The translations under genes and the position numbers were made by a program. Of a DNA stretch of 64,000 nucleotides, positions 60,801-64,000 are shown piece by piece (the first letter of the stretch is position 1; every line of letters starts with the position of its first letter). The stretch lies in contig OZ365110.1 of assembly GCA_977030845.1 (NCBI GenBank), positions 27,776,001-27,840,000 on the forward strand, given 5' to 3'. Source of the DNA: Fimbriosthenelais zetlandica (lineage: Eukaryota). The notes beneath the pieces were generated by a model that did no database searches, was not told the DNA's origin, and saw nothing but the letters and a program-made list of their open reading frames with translations.

Positions 60801-63532
60801 ATAAAATTATTGTAAAATAATTTATTTACGAATTTGTTATATAATATCGATAAGTTCTTGTGATTTAATGTAACCTTAAAATATGCCCTAAATATATGCC
60901 TCAAATACTTATTCATTATGTTTGTTAACTATAGGCTCATGAACATTACAGAGCATGATTTAGGCCTATGGCAGCCTAAAAATTCGTTCAAGAGTAGAAT
61001 AACTTGTGTACACAGGAAGCTTTTTTCATACATCAGATGGTCGTGCCTCTGCAGTAGGTTTTCGGTGTCTATTTCATTTCAACGCCTACTGCCGAAAAAG
61101 TGAATAGTGTTCAAAAGCTAAAAGTGAAGGGTAGTTTCTGGAAGGCCAAATACGTTTATCGCGTCCATCGCTACTGCTATCTCATTTTTGTTGAACATTT
61201 CATCCTGCATATAAGTGCTTTGTTTTCTCCTTCATTGTTGGGTACTTGGATTAACACAAGAAAAACTTATGCAAGAATAAAATCTCTTTTCGAGTGACGC
61301 AGTTGGTACCCAATAGGGGGACCCCCACAATAGGCTAAGCTTTAATGTTACATTATAGTTGACTTTTTTCCCTTTTAATAGAACATCCAAAGAAACGGGT
61401 TGTTAACTAAACCATTAAGTCGCTATTACTAAAAAAAAAATGCCGGTATGGACCTCCTCCTTGGGACCTCCTATAATATTGTCATAACACCTCTGTTCCA
61501 ACTTTACCTATACTAGCCCCCCATCTTTATTGCCCATTAAATGGGGCGTGGGGGGGGGGGCTGTCTTATCTAGCCCTCCCTGTATAAATGTATACGACGT
61601 ACTCTATTGATGGTGCCCCATTTAAAGCACATTCCAGACATTCCAATCTCAAGAATTAAATAATGACCAATAACAGAGCATCCTTTGAATATTACGCCAG
61701 GGGGTTCAATCAGTATCGAAGGGTGTGGGCATTCTTCAAAGTAAATTTTTATAATGAAACTTCGATTTCAAGGGACAACAGATCTCCACATGAATTTTCG
61801 TATTGAATAACCATGAAAAGTAAAGGAAATGACTAAATTTATAATTATGGGAAAGTTATATGTATAGGTCTACACATTAGAAAACATATCCTGAAACGAT
61901 ATAGGCGTACACTTGTTCGGTACTGTTCAAAAGTGAACAAGTCTATCATTAATATGGGAAGGGCTCTGGCACGCAGTGCAGGAAAAGCCCACATGGAGGT
62001 GAGCTTGGGCACTGGAGCGTGTCGGTCTTGGGGGTAATGTGGTAGACATGAGTATTGGGCAATGTTTTTATATTTGTTGTGGCCAAGTCAGAGTTCTACT
62101 AACACAGAATCCGTATAAAATCAGCCTGTATATGGGGTGGACGCTTCCCAATATCACCTGCTTGCCAGAATTCAACTTTACTCAAATCATCTGCTCATAT
62201 CCTTCATCACACGCCTACCAGTATATATATATAATATTCTCTGCCACTTTGTGTTCAGAGTGAAAGAGTACAGACTCTGTAATGTATTCACATATTGAAC
62301 GCAGTTTGACGAGGAATATATTATGTTCCCATCATAGCATACAAAAGTAGTAGATGATGAATCATGGAAATTCCCTTAACAATACTATGTGCAATGTGAG
62401 GGACATAAATAAACAGTCCACTACTAATGCTTATTTACATTAAATCACATTGCTTTGTTTGATGACAATATAATGTGAATTCTTTGCATGAATATTATAA
62501 TCATTCATACGGGTAAAACCTTGGGAAGTACAATAGATAAACGTATGTTTAATTGATTAGTTAATGTGGTTGATATTTAATGTGATTGTGATGTGATTTA
62601 ATGTCCTAGAAATGGCAAATGAAGAAACGAAGAATACAACTTCCAGGAAAATATATAAAGAATCAATCGAGTAAATGGTGCCCATACAAGTCCTTTGATA
62701 AGATTTAGGGCATGTCGTATATACTGTTATATCATGACTCAAGCATCACTTTGCTTTTGAATTCAGAGTCAGGTGTTTACATACGTGTTGGTGTGGAAAA
62801 AAGGAGCAAAAAGAGAAGAAAATCTATGTATGGCAAACCTGAGCTAGTAGTATTACACATCCTATTGCGCAGATAGGAAAGACAGTTTCTCCTTCTAAAT
62901 GTAATGTAATGTGAGCTTATAGAGAGGTAATCAGGTATCTATTCAATAATCTTTCCAATAAGCCGTGCATTCTATATATAGGGTGATAGCCAAACATAAA
63001 GTAATTACCAAAGCAATACTTATATAAATTAAAATTTAAGAGATCGAAGATATTCTTTAATTTAGTCATTAGCCACGATAGACCAATTTGCTATGTAATT
63101 ATATCATTAGCGTATGTAAATCACTGTCACATCTAATCACATAATATATTGATATTGGAAGGAATTAAAATATTGGAGTTTTATTTTCCAATGGTAAAAG
63201 TGCCCATCCATCGATAGCTTTATTCGGGGTTGGACACAAGAGGATCAAAGATTAAAATTTTGAAATAATTGATGGTTCATTAATGAAAACATTATTCTAG
63301 AAGGTTTTGCCATTGAATAATACGTAGGCTACATGTACACCACATGTATAATATTATATTCAGTCCTGGTGCCAAATGTATAGGGCCGTCATGCCAAGAG
63401 ATCCATCGACATGAAATGCTTTCACGTGGGAACATGTCATTGTTCAAAAGCAACTCTTATTTTTAGATTAGGTTACAATTTATTAGGTAAAAATGTACAA
63501 AATAATAGATGCCAATATTTTGTCCATTACAG

Positions 63533-63670
63533 GTCTCTCCTACCAGGTGGATGAGGTCAAGGTCAAGACGAGTGGCGCCCCCAATTGTCCACGATGCGGG
63601 CAGCGAGTTTACTTCATGGAGCAGATGTTGGCCAATGGCAAATCGTGGCACAAAAAATGCTTCAACTGTG
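63533..63670 (+). CDS. Internal exon of a CRP/CRIP/MLP-type LIM-domain gene (N-terminal half of a LIM domain)
   Basis: TTACAG|...TGTG|GTAAGT; translation GAPNCPRCGQRVYFMEQMLANGKSWHKKCFNC (C-x2-C-x17-H-x2-C-x2-C). The other exons were not identified. Confidence 0.85.
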
Positions 63671-64000
63671 GTAAGTCACATATATAATAGAGTTTTATGA
63701 GAGAAAATCATTCATTTTACTGGAGTATATGCCTATATGAGTTATGGGCATTATGGCATAACCCAGGCATTGATATGTGATGCCTATGAACTGAGGATCA
63801 TAATAGAGTATTAACATGTTAAGGCTTATATCATGCTTGCAGTATATCATCACATGAGGGCACTGTCTATTCAATAATCCAGAAATCGCAGCATGTGGAA
63901 ATATGTTAAACATTATAGGCATGCGCGGATGGCAAATCATTGTTCTTCGTGACATAAGTTCCGCTTCAGTTTCCATATTCGAGGCTAAATGATAAGTCAC

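Noticed and set aside
54400-63000. Upstream exons of the LIM gene or other coding genes
   Set aside because: Several splice-like signals (e.g. about 55950-55990, 57700-57720) exist, but none gives a LIM-like or phase-consistent coding chain; the region reads as repeat-rich intron or intergenic DNA.

Overview
AT-rich, intron-containing animal genomic DNA, most likely from a marine invertebrate; the species cannot be determined from this window. Host genes reconstructed by hand from GT-AG boundaries with consistent reading phase: the 3' end of RICTOR (+), ATP synthase F1 delta (-), a NACHT/WD40 STAND protein of the NWD1/NWD2 type (+) head-to-head with it, a divergent ARF GTPase (-), an unnamed MGC-initiated coiled-coil protein (+), NDUFB7 (+), an ELOVL1/7-type elongase (-), and one exon of a CRP/CRIP-type LIM gene (+). 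The main object is a 12,108-bp, apparently intact and very young Ty3/Gypsy LTR retrotransposon on the minus strand (31970-44077). It has 850-bp LTRs with no difference found by eye, a TTAG target-site duplication, a tRNA-His PBS, a PPT, and gag and pol joined by a -1 slippery site. After pol it carries a third, sense 805-aa ORF that is not env: it encodes two C2H2-like zinc fingers, NLS-like basic tracts, a coiled coil and an acidic/Pro-rich tail. This ORF is preceded by a well-formed 174-nt intron and a promoter-like segment, an arrangement reminiscent of a complex-retrovirus accessory or trans-regulator gene. The element sits in a Helitron-like repeat, 327 bp upstream of the NDUFB7 start codon. 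The window also contains two TIR MITEs with TSDs, a tRNA-derived SINE-like relic and a Penelope-type minimal hammerhead-ribozyme motif. All calls come from reading the sequence; no database search or folding program was run.
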